The translations under genes and the position numbers were made by a program. The notes beneath the pieces are model-generated. The model made no database searches. It saw only the letters and a list, made by a program, of their open reading frames with translations, and had not been told where the DNA came from. This document shows, one piece after another, positions 63,681 through 64,000 of a stretch of DNA of 64,000 nt. Source of the stretch: Porphyridium purpureum (lineage: Eukaryota); the NCBI GenBank assembly GCA_008690995.1, contig VRMN01000018.1:62001-126000 (forward strand). Direction: 5' to 3'. The stretch's first letter is position 1, and every line of letters starts with the position of its first letter.

Positions 63681-63861
63681 ACCGATTGCAGTGTGAAATC
63701 GAACCAACGAACCGAGAAAAAACAGGAAGCCAGTTCCAGTCCGCGTGCGGGTCACACACACAGCGGCGACGGAGCCATCGTGGGGGTGGTGGGAGAGAGA
63801 CGGGTGCTGGGAATAAAGGGTGTGGTGGAAGCACGGAGGGGAGCGCTCGCAGGAAGAGAGG

Positions 63862-64000
63862 ATGGAGGCGCAGCCGTGTTTTGTAGCGGCCAGAACGGTT
63901 GGGGTGGAGCTGGGCGGAGGTTCGATGAACGGGGCGGGTTTGTTGCGGTGCATGCGGCGCGCGGCGGCGTCGCGGTCCGCGCTCGCACCTCGACGGTGGA
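63862..64000 (+). CDS. 3'-partial gene; only a transit-peptide-like N-terminus is visible
   Basis: ATG at 63862 is open to the window edge (MEAQPCFVAA...RCMRRAAASRSALAPRR), divergent from HIS6. Confidence 0.45.
   Translation, partial: MEAQPCFVAARTVGVELGGGSMNGAGLLRCMRRAAASRSALAPRRW

Noticed and set aside
1..64000. Numerous long antisense or overlapping ORFs in the track (e.g. 13995-15044, 5816-6736, 22452-23294, 39007-39789)
   Set aside because: Shadows of real genes, expected at high GC; no recognisable motifs.

Overview
Gene-dense, almost intron-free, GC-rich eukaryotic nuclear DNA, not a prokaryote. It encodes a nucleoporin, SNF5, a BET bromodomain protein, KNL2, Mia40 and RPC11, alongside plastid-targeted enzymes with red-algal-style MAF/MVAF transit peptides (ChlM, FBPase, aldolase, GrpE, MutT). 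This fits a unicellular red alga such as Porphyridium (inference). I call about 33 protein genes, many head-to-head with roughly 100-400 bp spacers. Also present: one supportable spliceosomal intron (53789-53986), a decayed TA-flanked Tc1/Tc3-type transposon with IR/DR ends (24080-25520), several microsatellites and a recurrent intergenic RGTACAGT motif. I found no CRISPR array, rRNA or tRNA. No multi-gene novel system is supported. The best leads are single genes: a putatively plastid-targeted degenerate PPK2, a cNMP-binding/mitochondrial-carrier-like fusion, a DDT/WHIM-RFTS chromatin fusion, a LysA-like decarboxylase with an altered specificity motif, a CBM20-TPS-pseudoTPP and an animal-type KNL2. 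Start codons were reassigned to the first plausible ATG because the ORF track allows GTG/TTG. All family calls come from motif recognition, with no database search.
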